64,000 nucleotides of DNA, taken from positions 62,001 through 126,000 of the IMG/VR virus record IMGVR_UViG_3300009430_000004; one strand, written 5' to 3'. The notes beneath the pieces were generated by a model. That model saw only the letters and a program-made list of their open reading frames with translations. It was not told where the DNA came from and did no database searches. The translations under genes and the position numbers were made by a program. Positions 8,925 through 21,600 of the stretch are shown here, in pieces (within the stretch, counting starts at the first letter, position 1; every line of letters starts with the position of its first letter).

Positions 8925-11561
8925 ATGTCTACTAAACGAGATTATTCGAGTATTTATTCCATAAAAGAGTTTGCAATGACCGAGATAGCACCCAAGTATT
9001 TTGACCTTGATGATGTTAATCAACTCAATATAGGTTTACTTGGTTACACTACAGAACTTGTCGCAAACACAACGGAAGATACTTTTAACTCAGTTTCTAC
9101 ATTTATAAAAGAAATGTTCCCCAATAAGGCAATTATACCTGAGTCTATATACAATTATGCATCTCTATTCCAACTAGATAACCTATTTGCTAATCCGTCA
9201 AATTTATCAGTAATGCTATTCTTGAATGAGGCGGATATTATCAAATTGGGTACTAAGAAAGATAACTATTATGAGTTCGTATTAGACTCAAATCTTGTCA
9301 TAGATATTGAGGGAAAACAATTTATGCCAGATTATGATATCGTCATTAACTGTAAACCATACAAGGGTGATTATATCTTTACGGCTTCATATGATTTAAA
9401 TTACAAGAATTCTCTAAGTGATATAGTTAATCCGTACATCAAGACTAAGAGAATAAAGTATACAAATACCAATTATATTGGTTTATTATTAAAGGTACGA
9501 CAGGTTAATAAATTCCAGCAAACTGAATATATTATAACAAACGACAAGATTAATTTACCAACCTTGTCATTCCAGTTCTTTGACCAATTAGCTAACTTCG
9601 AGGTGTTCTATAAAGCACCTGAAGATAAGACATATACTCAGTTAATTAAGAGGCTTATGAATACGCCTCCTATAAGAACTCCATTCTGCTACTATAAGTT
9701 TAAGAATGAACATCAAATTGAAATAACCTTTACATCAAGAGATAATTACTTCCAACCAAAGTTCAACTCAGAATTGTTAATTCATTATGAGACAACTACA
9801 GGTGTAAAAGGGAACTTCTCTTTCTATAAAGGTAACAATGTTGCTGTTATACCTAAGTCTGATAAATATGCCTATAATAATAACATTGCTCTATTTGCTA
9901 TTGTGCAATCTGAGAGTGTGAATGGAAGGGATAGTTTAGGACTTGACGAGATAAGGAGTATAGTAGTTGAGAAATTCTCTACAGTTAGCTCCTATACAAA
10001 TGAGAACGACCTACAGATGTACTTCTCAAACTTCCGCTATAAATACGGTAATGAGGTACTATTCTTGAAAAGGCGTGACGATGCTTTCGAGCGTCTATTC
10101 TCAGCATTTGCCATTATGAAAGATATGAATAAGGATATTTATCCTACAAATACTCTACATTTGGATATGACTCCATCTCAGTTTGATATAGAATATGAAC
10201 AATCCAACCGATATATTTTAAAGGCTGGACGTTTATTTAGATATAAAGCTGATAGTAGAGATACTTCGGAATTGATTCCTGGTAAGACATTAAAAGATGA
10301 TATAAGTGCATTAACTGACCCATTTGTCTACACGAATCCTTTCCTTATTACAGTAACAAAGAATCCTAGTATTGTTGGGTTCTATCTAAATTCAATCAAC
10401 TATAGATTCCCTCTTGAATATAGCTATGTTAATAGTGACTCATTAGTACAGTTTATCTGTAACAGTGTTAACGTATCTAGAAACTCTTTAATGGGGGAAG
10501 ATACCTATAAGTTGACCATACTCCTAACCCCTACAACTGATTTAGAAACATCATTGGTATCTGAGGATGGGACTGATTTGGGGTTATTGAAAGTAAAAGG
10601 TATGTTAGAAGATTATAGTGCTGCCGAGATGTGTTATGTTGATTTTACATTTAAGGAATATAACGATAAGACCAATATGTATACGTATGAAGCAGATATA
10701 AAAACTGATGACTATATGACAAATAGCCAAAAAATAAGAGCGTATGATATGCACGATATCATAACTGGAGAGAGTGAAATAAAGCTCATTCCAATGGTAG
10801 ACTTAAACCTTAATATATACGCTTTTTATAAATATCCAGACCAGAAACTAACTCATAAGTTTGATTATCTTACAGAGTTGCATGATTACACTCTGACCAA
10901 TATGTATACAACTTATGAGCAAAAGATAAACCTGATGTCTCCTATGAATATAGTGAGAAGTAAGATGAAATACAAAGACCTTGGTAATGACACATATGGT
11001 ATGAATATATCCTTCTTACCATTAATCAAGGCATCTACATTGAAAAATCCTGAAATGTATACTCATTTCATGGAAACACTATTCTTACAGTATACTTACA
11101 TGCAAGGGGCAGTTAATAGTATCACCAATAACTATGGTATAGACTTAAAGTTCTATAATACTTACGGTAAGTCTAAAAACTTCTTAGCAGGTGATGATTT
11201 GAAGCTTCTTGACCGTGTTAACTGTAGTATCAAATTCTTGATAGCTCCTAATATAGGTGCTGAACAAGAAACCCTTAAGAGAGACATACAACTGTTTGTC
11301 AAGAACTATATCGAAGGGGTTAATAATAGAGGTTACAACTCGATTTATATCTCTAATTTAATTCAACAGTTAGAGAATAATTTCCCTGATATTCGATACT
11401 TAAAGTTCTTAAATATTAATAACTATGACTCATCAGTACAGGTTATTGAGAATAAAACTGTTGACCTTAATAGGTTAACCAAGGATGAACGCTTAAACTA
11501 TGTACCAGAGTATTTGACGATTCATGAAAGCGATATCGTTATAGATTTTATACAGAATTAA
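8925..11561 (+). CDS. Putative baseplate wedge protein
   Basis: 878 aa; layout resembles myovirus wedge proteins (N-terminal KAIIPESIYNYA, central YETTTGVKGN and NGRDSLGLDEIR, C-terminal IYISNLIQQLENNF). Confidence 0.6.
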   Translation: MSTKRDYSSIYSIKEFAMTEIAPKYFDLDDVNQLNIGLLGYTTELVANTTEDTFNSVSTFIKEMFPNKAIIPESIYNYASLFQLDNLFANPSNLSVMLFLNEADIIKLGTKKDNYYEFVLDSNLVIDIEGKQFMPDYDIVINCKPYKGDYIFTASYDLNYKNSLSDIVNPYIKTKRIKYTNTNYIGLLLKVRQVNKFQQTEYIITNDKINLPTLSFQFFDQLANFEVFYKAPEDKTYTQLIKRLMNTPPIRTPFCYYKFKNEHQIEITFTSRDNYFQPKFNSELLIHYETTTGVKGNFSFYKGNNVAVIPKSDKYAYNNNIALFAIVQSESVNGRDSLGLDEIRSIVVEKFSTVSSYTNENDLQMYFSNFRYKYGNEVLFLKRRDDAFERLFSAFAIMKDMNKDIYPTNTLHLDMTPSQFDIEYEQSNRYILKAGRLFRYKADSRDTSELIPGKTLKDDISALTDPFVYTNPFLITVTKNPSIVGFYLNSINYRFPLEYSYVNSDSLVQFICNSVNVSRNSLMGEDTYKLTILLTPTTDLETSLVSEDGTDLGLLKVKGMLEDYSAAEMCYVDFTFKEYNDKTNMYTYEADIKTDDYMTNSQKIRAYDMHDIITGESEIKLIPMVDLNLNIYAFYKYPDQKLTHKFDYLTELHDYTLTNMYTTYEQKINLMSPMNIVRSKMKYKDLGNDTYGMNISFLPLIKASTLKNPEMYTHFMETLFLQYTYMQGAVNSITNNYGIDLKFYNTYGKSKNFLAGDDLKLLDRVNCSIKFLIAPNIGAEQETLKRDIQLFVKNYIEGVNNRGYNSIYISNLIQQLENNFPDIRYLKFLNINNYDSSVQVIENKTVDLNRLTKDERLNYVPEYLTIHESDIVIDFIQN

Positions 11562-11605
11562 AACATTATAGTAATTAACTTTAGTTATAGAAAGGAGAGA
11601 ATAGC

Positions 11606-12727
11606 ATGAGTGTATTTAAAAACATTGAGACCCGTGTTGAGAAATTCTCTACAGGAATAAAAGATCTCAATAACTATAATAAGATAAGTAACGGTGCGGC
11701 GTCGAAAGAATATCTTAACAAGAAAGCTGTTTTAGAACATTGTGAGGATATCGACGATAAGGCTAAAAAGTCTGAGAAAGATTACAACTATAGACAGAAG
11801 AATCAGGGAATATTCAATAAGCAATTACTTGAATCCCAGCTTCTATTAAAGGTTAATGAGTTAACCACACAAGGTAAGGTAACAGTATTCAAGGAGATTC
11901 TCTTTGAAGTATTTAAGAAGGCTCTTTATCTGGATGAGAGCTTTATTATGGAAAACTATGAAAATGTTAGAGCATTAACAGATTCATATGTTGATAATAA
12001 TAAAGGTATCAAACTACTTGAGTCTGCTACTCAAAGAACAAATTCTCCTCTTTTACGAAATATGCTTACTCTTTGTGAAAACACTGCAAGAAAAGTTGCT
12101 ACAAGAAAGATGCAACAAATCAATGAGTGTAGGAATCCTGAGCAATTGGATGATATCAACTTCGAGATGAACGAAGAAGAAAAAGAAACATTCAATTACG
12201 AAAAGGATAAATTGGGTATTGATGAGCTTGCTAAATTGGTAAAAGATAAGGTATTGACTGTTGTTCAGGACGAAAAGAGTCGTGAAGCTAAGCAGGAAGA
12301 ACTTTATTCTGATATCGAAGGTGAGTTAAAGGAAAACCCTGATGTTACTACTGAGGAAGCTGCTAAAGAAGCTTTAGCGAAAATAGCTATTAAGCAAAAT
12401 CCTATTGAAGAGACAACTTTGTTCAATGCATTACTTAGACATTCATATAAGGAATTGCTTGAAAATGTAGCTATCGCATCTGATGATGGTAATAAAGAGC
12501 AAAAAAGAAAAGAAGAAAATGAAGACCTTGATGACATTGATTATGACATCGAGGATGAAGTTGGTGATGACGATGTTCTAGGTTCAGATGACTTAGATAT
12601 CGACATGGACTTGGTATTAGCTGAAGCTATAACTAAGTACACGCTTATGGAAATGGCATATACTATCAGACTTGAAGAATATTCTATCGAGGCTGTTAGA
12701 AAAGTAACACAATCACTTTTAAAATAA
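11606..12727 (+). CDS. Hypothetical acidic virion protein
   Basis: 373 aa; late-type promoter at 11562-11573; repeated LLES/AVLE/LLEN motifs. Confidence 0.5.
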   Translation: MSVFKNIETRVEKFSTGIKDLNNYNKISNGAASKEYLNKKAVLEHCEDIDDKAKKSEKDYNYRQKNQGIFNKQLLESQLLLKVNELTTQGKVTVFKEILFEVFKKALYLDESFIMENYENVRALTDSYVDNNKGIKLLESATQRTNSPLLRNMLTLCENTARKVATRKMQQINECRNPEQLDDINFEMNEEEKETFNYEKDKLGIDELAKLVKDKVLTVVQDEKSREAKQEELYSDIEGELKENPDVTTEEAAKEALAKIAIKQNPIEETTLFNALLRHSYKELLENVAIASDDGNKEQKRKEENEDLDDIDYDIEDEVGDDDVLGSDDLDIDMDLVLAEAITKYTLMEMAYTIRLEEYSIEAVRKVTQSLLK

Positions 12728-12772
12728 AAAAGTAGAGTAGGAATGGTTTATCACCATTCCTACTCTATTTTT
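12728..12772. terminator. Bidirectional intrinsic terminator between convergent genes
   Basis: agagtaggaatggt-ttatc-accattcctactct with A and T tails. Confidence 0.8.
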
Positions 12773-13110
12773 CTTTTGAGGCGAACTATAAGTTCGTTAT
12801 TATTTTTTATAAATTTAAATAAAAAATTAACATCTATATCAGGACCTATCAGTTCTGATAGTTCATTGGAGATGTCGGCTTTGACATCCTCCATAATCTT
12901 CTTCTTGTCAACTTTAATAGTTAACTCATTTGTTGATATTTTATTTATTGTATATTTATCTTTAATAGATTCATTAAGCTTAGTAATTAACTGTTCGCAG
13001 TTAATTTTGTCTTTTTTCTTTTTTAACTTTTTAAATTGAGATTGGATGTAACTTGTTACACATTCATTTTCGAATAGATTAACAACTGCTGCCATCATTC
13101 TCACCTCCAA
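12760..13110 (-). CDS. Hypothetical protein
   Basis: 116 aa; SD GGAGGTG points to a start at the internal MM; ends in a bidirectional terminator. Confidence 0.5.
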   Translation of the reverse strand: MEVRMMAAVVNLFENECVTSYIQSQFKKLKKKKDKINCEQLITKLNESIKDKYTINKISTNELTIKVDKKKIMEDVKADISNELSELIGPDIDVNFLFKFIKNNNELIVRLKRKIE

Positions 13111-13151
13111 TTTCCTTTCTATTAGATATTTGTATATATGCTTGTAAGAAA

Positions 13152-13814
13152 TTACACAATTGAGTCTTTTTCTGTAATTTTATCCAGATTTTCCTGGTAG
13201 TATTTCCATCCCTCAACTTTTTTCTTATTATACTTACAATCAAATTTTTCCATGTATTCTAAATGTATTTCTATTCTTGGTTTAAAAGAATAGAATTTTC
13301 TAACTGCCCCATCCACTATTAGACAATCATCCAATAGAAGATGCTTCTGAATCATATCAGAATATGTCTTTCCAGCATTGTCCCAATCAGGTTTGGGTAT
13401 AGCAACTAATAGTTTAAGCTCAGCTAATATTTTTTCTATCTTACTCATCTGTGCTGGCATCGGCATATATAAATCGCAATAGAATTTACATGGTGTTACT
13501 ATTAAATCATACTCATCATCTGAGTTTTCTATAAAATCTTTAAATATTTGACTGTTGTCACTAGCATTCTTTACATAGAATACTTTCGTTCTACCTGAAT
13601 ATCTTGCACGAGGGGTTGCTTTCGGCAAGAAATAAAATATAAAATCAAGTTCAACCCATCGTGCTCTTTTTAATCTCAGGATAGCTTCTTTAATCTTTTC
13701 AACCTCTTTTACTTTAAGCTTCAACTCCTGAACGATATATACAAATCTATCGTATATATTATTAGGAATTTCACCATATTTCTCTTTATATTCTCGTATC
13801 TCTTTTTTGCTCAT
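13152..13814 (-). CDS. rusA: RusA-like Holliday junction resolvase
   Basis: PKATPRAR plus KPDWDNAGKTYSDMIQ...LDDCLIVD, the RusA acidic catalytic motif. Confidence 0.75.
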   Translation of the reverse strand: MSKKEIREYKEKYGEIPNNIYDRFVYIVQELKLKVKEVEKIKEAILRLKRARWVELDFIFYFLPKATPRARYSGRTKVFYVKNASDNSQIFKDFIENSDDEYDLIVTPCKFYCDLYMPMPAQMSKIEKILAELKLLVAIPKPDWDNAGKTYSDMIQKHLLLDDCLIVDGAVRKFYSFKPRIEIHLEYMEKFDCKYNKKKVEGWKYYQENLDKITEKDSIV

Positions 13815-13825
13815 ATCATCAATCC

Positions 13826-15538
13826 TTAAATCTTAAATATTGGTTCTACTTTACCTCTGATGTCCTGTATAAACTGCCTGAAATAGTTTCCAGGTAAATC
13901 TACCATTTGACCGAAGAACACGGCAAACATCGTTTCTAGTTTAAGCATAAAGTTAGGTTTTGTTATGTCAACTCCGCATGTAACTGCAAGAAAATCTATT
14001 AACCCTTGATTCTGGAAGAATAGGTCTGGTTTTGTACTGGATGTCATCATAAGGTTACTGTATAAGTCTTTTACACCAACTGTTATTTTAACCTCAGATG
14101 GTAAACCATCAGCAGTCCAGGAACCATCTCCCCCCTTATCAATATTAATAGAGTCAATTATTCCAAGTTCACATGAGAACCATCCTTTTGAGAATACCTT
14201 TACTAAAAACGGTGAGGCATAACTGTTAGCAGTAGATTGTCTAGGTAATGATAGTGCTAATATATGCATCATTGGTACAAGTATATTCAAATATATACTT
14301 TCTTTATCTCCATATGGAGATACTAGATTAATAGTTACATTGTACGACTTATTATATGCTGAATCACCCCATAATTCTGGGAATATAATATTTGATCCAG
14401 ATAATACAGTAGAGGACATACCCAGAAGCCTTGTAAAGAAGTTCTCTTTTGAGTTTTTAAGCATTTTCTGTGCTATGTCATCCATACCTTTCGCAAAGCT
14501 TTCTCTCATATCATCCAACCCTTTGACCGCAGCAGTGTTAGTTAGGAAGGCAACTTCCTTAATAATTCCTTCTGCACTATCAAACATACCTTCAAGTTTT
14601 GAAGTAGTTGTATTATTATTGGTTGATTCTGAAAACGATGTATTAGGTTCAACGAAAAATTGTGTGTATTGGTATTGACCAAACATCGCTTCATATAAAT
14701 CTGCTGTCATTTCTTTGGGACTGAATACTGAGCTATTCTTTTCATTCTTTTGTTTATAGTCATTTTTATACTTATAATCACCCCAGTCATAATATTTATA
14801 TGCTGTTGTGCCATTAGGTCCAGTTTCGTCAGCTAATCCAATATATATTGCACACATTCTACATAGAATATTTACATATTTAATGAACTCTGCATAGTCT
14901 GGAATAAAATCAAAGTATCTAATATCCTTATTGCCAAGAATCTTATCCAACACTGATTTCGTATCAGAATCGTTCGACTTACTGGTAAAGAATGATGTCA
15001 TTGCTTTTTGCTCCGAATCTGATAAATCTGGTAAATAATTCGGTCTACCAGGTATAAAATAAACTATCGGAGATTCAGCCACTATCGACTCAAGATATTT
15101 ACGTCCTAAATCCATCTCTTCATTTAATCTAAAATCAGTTTGTTTTGTAAATTGAAATGGAGAGCCAAATAGTCTTGTTGAAGCATCTATTCTTTTGTCA
15201 TAACCTTTCTTAGATTGGTCATATAACATCTGAATTACTTTGGAATCAAGTCCTAAACTTGTTCCTGTTGAAGCATCTTCGGGCATAGCAGGGGCGGGAG
15301 TTGGAGCTGGTGCTGGAGGCTTTTGCTCTTCCAGATTCTTTAACACCTTCGTGTAATTCTTAAATATCCATCCTCTACCGTCCTCTAATTTATACCAATC
15401 ACCCGAGACACCATTTACCGTTACAACAGATCCCTTAGGAAGGGCCCCATTAGTTCCATTACTTGTACTCGGTCCTTTTCTTATATTTAACGGGTCACTT
15501 TGTGTAGCAACTTGTACTTCTAATCTCATATTTATCAC
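13826..15538 (-). CDS. Tail/baseplate structural protein with N-terminal SH3b domain
   Basis: PLNIRKGPSTS...WYKLEDGRGWI; PPAPAPTPAPA linker; C-terminal tail-tube/hub-like region (PELWGDS...GIIDSINIDKG...PSEVKITVGVKDL); directly downstream of the tape-measure-like gene. Confidence 0.65.
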   Translation of the reverse strand: MINMRLEVQVATQSDPLNIRKGPSTSNGTNGALPKGSVVTVNGVSGDWYKLEDGRGWIFKNYTKVLKNLEEQKPPAPAPTPAPAMPEDASTGTSLGLDSKVIQMLYDQSKKGYDKRIDASTRLFGSPFQFTKQTDFRLNEEMDLGRKYLESIVAESPIVYFIPGRPNYLPDLSDSEQKAMTSFFTSKSNDSDTKSVLDKILGNKDIRYFDFIPDYAEFIKYVNILCRMCAIYIGLADETGPNGTTAYKYYDWGDYKYKNDYKQKNEKNSSVFSPKEMTADLYEAMFGQYQYTQFFVEPNTSFSESTNNNTTTSKLEGMFDSAEGIIKEVAFLTNTAAVKGLDDMRESFAKGMDDIAQKMLKNSKENFFTRLLGMSSTVLSGSNIIFPELWGDSAYNKSYNVTINLVSPYGDKESIYLNILVPMMHILALSLPRQSTANSYASPFLVKVFSKGWFSCELGIIDSINIDKGGDGSWTADGLPSEVKITVGVKDLYSNLMMTSSTKPDLFFQNQGLIDFLAVTCGVDITKPNFMLKLETMFAVFFGQMVDLPGNYFRQFIQDIRGKVEPIFKI

Positions 15539-15604
15539 CTTCCTTAAAAAAATAATAGAGATAAGACACTACATCTTATCTCTATGTTTTATTTATATTA
15601 TTTG

Positions 15605-18600
15605 TTAATTAGTTCTTCCTTTAGCTATACCTTTGGCAGTCTGATAATCTCTCTGTTGCTTGTTATTACGTCTATCATTAGCCATACCCATGATTGGGTT
15701 GATATAGTTATTAGTTTGTGGAGGAGCTACTACAATTGTAGAGCCTGCTGGCTTTTCACCATCTTCTCCTTCAATAGAAGTTGTTGTTTGTGATTTAGTA
15801 ATGACATTAACAACACACTCTTTCTTATTAAGCTCTTTAATACCTTCTGATGTAGCTCCAGTATTATTCTCAATGTTTCTAAGGACTTCAATTGCTGTCT
15901 TAAGTAAGTCATCAGATAATCCTGCCTTTTGGATATCACTATTTCCATACATATAAGACCTAACTTCTGGATTTGGATCTTCATAGAAGCTTGGTAATCT
16001 CATACCTTCAGATTTAATTTTACCCTCGCCTGAAAGTGCATTATTTAGAGTATCTGTTATAGACTCAGTTAGGTCACCGAATCCCCCTTTAACATCTTGA
16101 ACTTTTTCTGGTGCTGAAGTTCTTTGGGAGCTAGTAAGCTTAGTGGTAATATCACACATCATATCACCGAACCCACCAAGTATGGTTTCTGGTTCTCTTA
16201 CTATCCTATCTCCAAATCCTCCTTGTTCAGGGTCCCAATCAACAAGAGAATTGAATGAGCTCTTAAGTCTGTTAGAATAAATACTCTTTGGACCCCAATA
16301 ACTCTTAGACATAAACTCATTGTAGAAGTGCTGGAACTCTGCCTTACCAGTTGCACTGGTTGGAGAATATCTTTCTAGGAATGGTTTTACTAAAGCTGGA
16401 CCACTATTTGCTATCTCAGCAAGGAATGCTATTGACCTTGGATCTTTTATCTTGCCTGGTTCAACACCATATTTATATACAGGAGCTAAGTTACGGTTCT
16501 TAACATGGTCTAATAAGAACGAATCTTGAACCTTCTTAGTTACCTGCATATTAGATGCTAGGTATTTCTCAAGTCTGTCCTGTTCAGATTGACTCCAAGG
16601 ACTACTGTCATTCCAATTCTTCGAAGCAAAGTATCTAGCTTCAGGGTTGTCAGGCATCTCTTGTAACATTCTGTCCATGATTGCCTTAGCGTTTCCACCT
16701 CTCCATTGGATTATACCAATAGATGGTGATATTCTTTGTCCAGTTGAAGCATTTACGTCATTTCTTCCGTAAGTATACTTACCACCAGACTCATGTTTAA
16801 CTGTTAACTCGGCTGTCTTCTTAAGTATGGCATCTTGTACATTCTTAGGTATGAAGTCTATATTAAAGTTTCCAACATAACCATCACTTGAACTACTTCC
16901 TGTTAGGAAGCTATCTCCCCATGAAAGTTGTTTATTTTCACCAGAATATAGATTTTCTGAATATAAACTAAATGCTTCACTCATCTTTCCAAACAAGTCG
17001 AGTATAGTAGGATTTTCCATCGTTCCACCTATTGGTGATGATGATGGTGTATATGCTTCTGGATTTCTAGGGTCAGGTAATGAACCTCCAGTGTATCTGA
17101 ATCCCCATCCCTTTCTAGCTTCATCCAATACTGTATTTAAATTGTAAGTTTTTGAATAAGCTGGACCTCTTGGATCATTGATTACTATACCATTAGGACC
17201 ATCATTTGCAACAGCAACAACAAAGTGTCCTGAAGACGTAAATGGTGATTGGTCAGCAGAATGCTTCCTTGTACCAGATAATATGATTGGCACATGTTGG
17301 TCTAGCATTGATTGTAATTGTGAACGCTGGGAACTTGGATTTATTTCTGTTTTTTGTAAGCTGAACATACTTGCCATTTTATCGAAATAACCCCATGATG
17401 TACCAGCACTTGAACTATATCCACCCTTTTGAGCAAGGTCTGCCATTTGAGGTGGCTCATATCTTTTTCCTGTAAGCTGAGTTGCAACCATCGCCATGGA
17501 CGTAGGTCCACATCCTCTAGCCTTTAGTGTTGGGTTTTCGGAACGTGTTCCGAATTGTGGACTATGGTCATATGCATATCTTCCCCATCTATCATCTCCC
17601 TGTGAATAGTATGCGAAGTTGTTTATAGTGTCCGACTCAACACCAAAACCTCCCCCCTCTACTTTAGGGACACGCTTATTAAGGGACTTATTGTACTTAG
17701 TATCAGGTACTGGCACGTTTCCGTAACCGCCTTCACCCCAACCTAATTTATCAAGTTCATCACTGGCTCTTCCAGTAAAGAAATTCTTAACAGAATCAAA
17801 TCCATTTTTAAAGAAGTTTCCTATACCTTTGAAGAAACCACCTATTCTATCGAGACCTTCAGTAAGGTGTTTCTTTATATCTTTCCACTTGTCTGATATG
17901 GTATCTCCGATGTTGCCCCATAATTCTTTTGCACCATCAGCAAGTTTCTTAGCACCTGTAGTAATGGTCTCCTTGGCTTCACCCAATCTATCTTTAACAG
18001 GTTCTGGCATACTATTCCATATATTTCCCGCAGTATCTTTAATGTTAGCAGCGGCTGTTCCAATTAAGGACTTAGCACTCTCCCATTGTTTACCTACTCC
18101 AGATTTTATGGATTCCCAGGTTTCCCCTGCTTCAGCTTTGAATGCTTCTAATTTTTCACCGATAATACCTTTTGCTGTACCCCATGCATCACCGATGTTA
18201 GATTTTATATTACCCCATGTTTCAGAAGTGTTTGCTTTAAATTCTTCGAGCTTTCCTCCAATAGTTTCCTTAGCTGAGCTCCATGCATTTCCGATGTTAG
18301 TCTTTAATGCATCCCAAGTCTCAGAAGCATTTTGTTTGAAAGCTTCCAGTTTCTCTCCAACCACAGTTTTGGCTGAATCCCAAGCACTTCCTATATTGGT
18401 TTTCAATGCTTCCCATTTCTCGGAAGTATATTGTCCTACGGCACTAAGTGCACCACCAATAGTTTCCTTTGCAGAATTCCATTGTTTACCGATACCTTCC
18501 TTAATACCGTTCCATGTTTCACTAGCTTCTTTCTTAAACTCTTCAAGTTTTTCATTTATTTTTTCTTTAGCAGATGTCCATGCTTTCTTAGCAGGTTCAA

Positions 18601-21600
18601 CTAAATTATCACCTATAAACTTCTTAGTACCTTCCATAAAGTCATTGAACCTAAGTCCAATACCATAGAATGTCTTAGCAGTCTTTTCAGCATCTAGTAG
18701 ACCAAGACTAAGTTTTTCTAGGGCTTCTGCTGCACCTGAAGCAGCTCTCATGCCAGTTGTAATCTTTCCATCTCCTTTGAGGTTGAAGTTCTGTTTTACC
18801 ATATCGTCATTCTTAAATGCGTTTACAGCTCCACCTAAAGCAGAATTGTCCCATACCATTTTAGCACCTTTCTTGGTTGCATCCCAAGCGACCGATGCTC
18901 CTTGTTGTATCTTTTCTCCTGCCCATTGAGCCCCCTGAGATATCTTCTCTCCAGCCCAAGCGGCTCCTTTCTTGGTAGCATCCCATGCTACAGAAGCACC
19001 TTGAGCTATCTTGTTTCCTGCCCACTGAGCACCTTCACCTATCTTATTTCCTGCCCAAGATAAGGCTCCAGTAGTGGCATTCCATGCCTTTGATGTTTTG
19101 TCCCCTACCCATGATGCTCCAGCTTTTATGCCTTTCCAAGTATTTGACACACCATCAGCAATGTGTTGTCCTACAGTTTTATTTACTTTGTCGTTATATG
19201 CATCTACCGATAACTTAGTACCGTTAGCTTCATTATAAGCATCTACTTCAGCTTTAAAGTCAGCTTGTGCTTGTTCGAGCTTAGCTCCTTTTTCATCAGA
19301 TGTTATAGCTTTGTAGATTTGAGTAGCCATCATCTGGATAAAGTCTACGCCAGTCATCTCAACACAGATATCGTTCAATATCTCTATTACGAAGAACCAA
19401 CTTACATTAAGTAATGCTTTCATACCTGACGATATAGCTCTCATTATCCAGTCAACTTCATCTGAATCAACTTTAAACAAGTGAGCCGCTTCAAAACCTC
19501 CAGTCACAGCACCCCATGTTGCCCATACAGCATCAGAAGCTAATGCTGTTGCAGCAGCGGCTGCTATTTTTGCAAGCCCTTTGGCTACTTTTGGTAAATA
19601 TTTAACCCATTTGACTTTCTTTAATACCTTACCTAGAACATCCATAGCAGGTCCTATAGCTTTGGCAGCTTTAGGGAACTTCTTTTCAAACATCCTAGCG
19701 ATATTATCAACAGCGTCCATAGCCATCTTTGTAAATTTCTCTATTCTCCCTTTGTTAACAGCATCAACTACATCGTCAGCACCATCAACAGCTATCTTAG
19801 TAACATCTTCTCCTGATTCTTTAGCAGCCTTAGCAGCGGCGAAATCTACTACCTTTCCACCACCAGCTTTCTTAACTACATCATTAGCAGGATTAACAGC
19901 TTGTGCTATTTTTGAAGTACCTTCAGTAGCTTCGTCAACAAATGATACATTAGAAGTTTCCATTATAACTTCGCCAGCTTCAACATCACCTTTATTACCA
20001 AATTGCTTAACTTTGTCAACCACTTTGGATATAGGTCCTTTATTCTTGGCGGTAGCCCTAGCGGCATCATCTGCCACATTAACTCCTTTTTCTACAATAT
20101 TAGGGAAGAATTTCTTAGCTATATTATCCCATGTTCCTGTGAACTTTTCTGCTATATTATCCCAAACACCTTTGCTCTTTTCTGCAATATCGTCCCATAC
20201 AACATGAGCTTTCTCAGATACATCATCCCACATTTCAATGCCTTTTTTCTTAATAGGTGGGAAGACTTCGTCCCATACTTTCTTAACACCTTGGAAGGTT
20301 TTCTTAAATTCTTGGATAGAATTCTTAAGAGGAGCCATTAGGTGTTCAGAAGCTTTCTTTATTCCATACCCAACCGCACGAGTTCCATGTTCAACTAAGT
20401 CAGAGTTTACTATGGTTGTTCCGCCAACATCGGTTCTACTATCATTACCCTTTCCAAGTAGCCATTCCATTGCCTTCTTAAGTAATGGTAGAAGTGTTAA
20501 TGCTCCAACCATAAATAATCCCTTCTTACCGAATATATCAGCCCAATCAGTTGTATGTTGTCTCGTATCTTTACCTAACCCTGCAAGCAATTCTAGAATT
20601 CTGTCTTTCCAATTTCGTTCATGTTGTTTTTCTTCCTTGAGGGCATTAGCTGCTTGCACATTAGCGGCAGTTAATCTAGATGCATGTGCTTGTCTAGCAG
20701 CCGCTTCTGATTCTAATCTTTCATTTTGTTTCTTAGCTTCTTCTTCTTTGTCATTACTTTCATCGAATTTATCCATTCCAGCAAGAACTGAAGCCGCTAA
20801 ATTATTATTCTTAAACTCTGGAGCAACCATTGCAGTGCTACTTCCTCCAACAAGACTGCTAACACTAAATCCACTTTGTCTTTCAATACCCTGCATATCA
20901 GTATCAATTCGTACTGGTAGTGGGGTTATTCTATTGAATGCTTCTTTCATACTGTCAGGACTTAGAGCTGTAGCTAAAACTCCATTGGATTGGTCAACTC
21001 TAACCGCAAATGGTTGGATCTTTTCAAATGAACTTACTATCTTTTCTGGGCATAAGTATACTGGTAGACAAACATCCGAACCAACTATTCTTACACTTTG
21101 AACAAGACTGTCTGTATTGGTTTCTAATGATCTAGGAGCAGCCATTCTATTAGTGCCTATACTTTGAACCTCTCTTACAACGTCCAGAGTACCACCAACT
21201 ACAACTACTTTTTGCTCTTGAATTCCTAATAACTTTCCTAATCCTTGAGATAGGAACTTTAATGGTGATGTAACTATTTGCCACAACGTATTTCCAACCT
21301 CAGCTAACTTCTCACCAACACCTGTGATAGTCTTAAGTGTAAAATCAGCAATGTTGCTTCCGACAGCAAATAGCATATCTGTCGTTCTCTTAGTCATTTC
21401 TAAACCGAAATCTGTAACTATTGTAAATGTCTTTCCTATAGTGTTACCAACAGTTTCAACCAACCCCATTGTCATCTTTCCGAATTTAACTAATAATTCA
21501 CCAGTACCTTTTCCAAGCTGGAAGAACAAAGAGCCAACTCCTTTTCCGAAGCCAATCATTGTTTCCTTCACTGCTCCCATAGCACCTGAGAATATCTTAG

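Noticed and set aside
17850-19150. Periodic DNA repeats as a possible CRISPR array or diversity-generating element
   Set aside because: The repeats are degenerate at synonymous positions and lie in frame within a protein; there are no identical repeat-spacer units and no cas or reverse transcriptase gene in the window.
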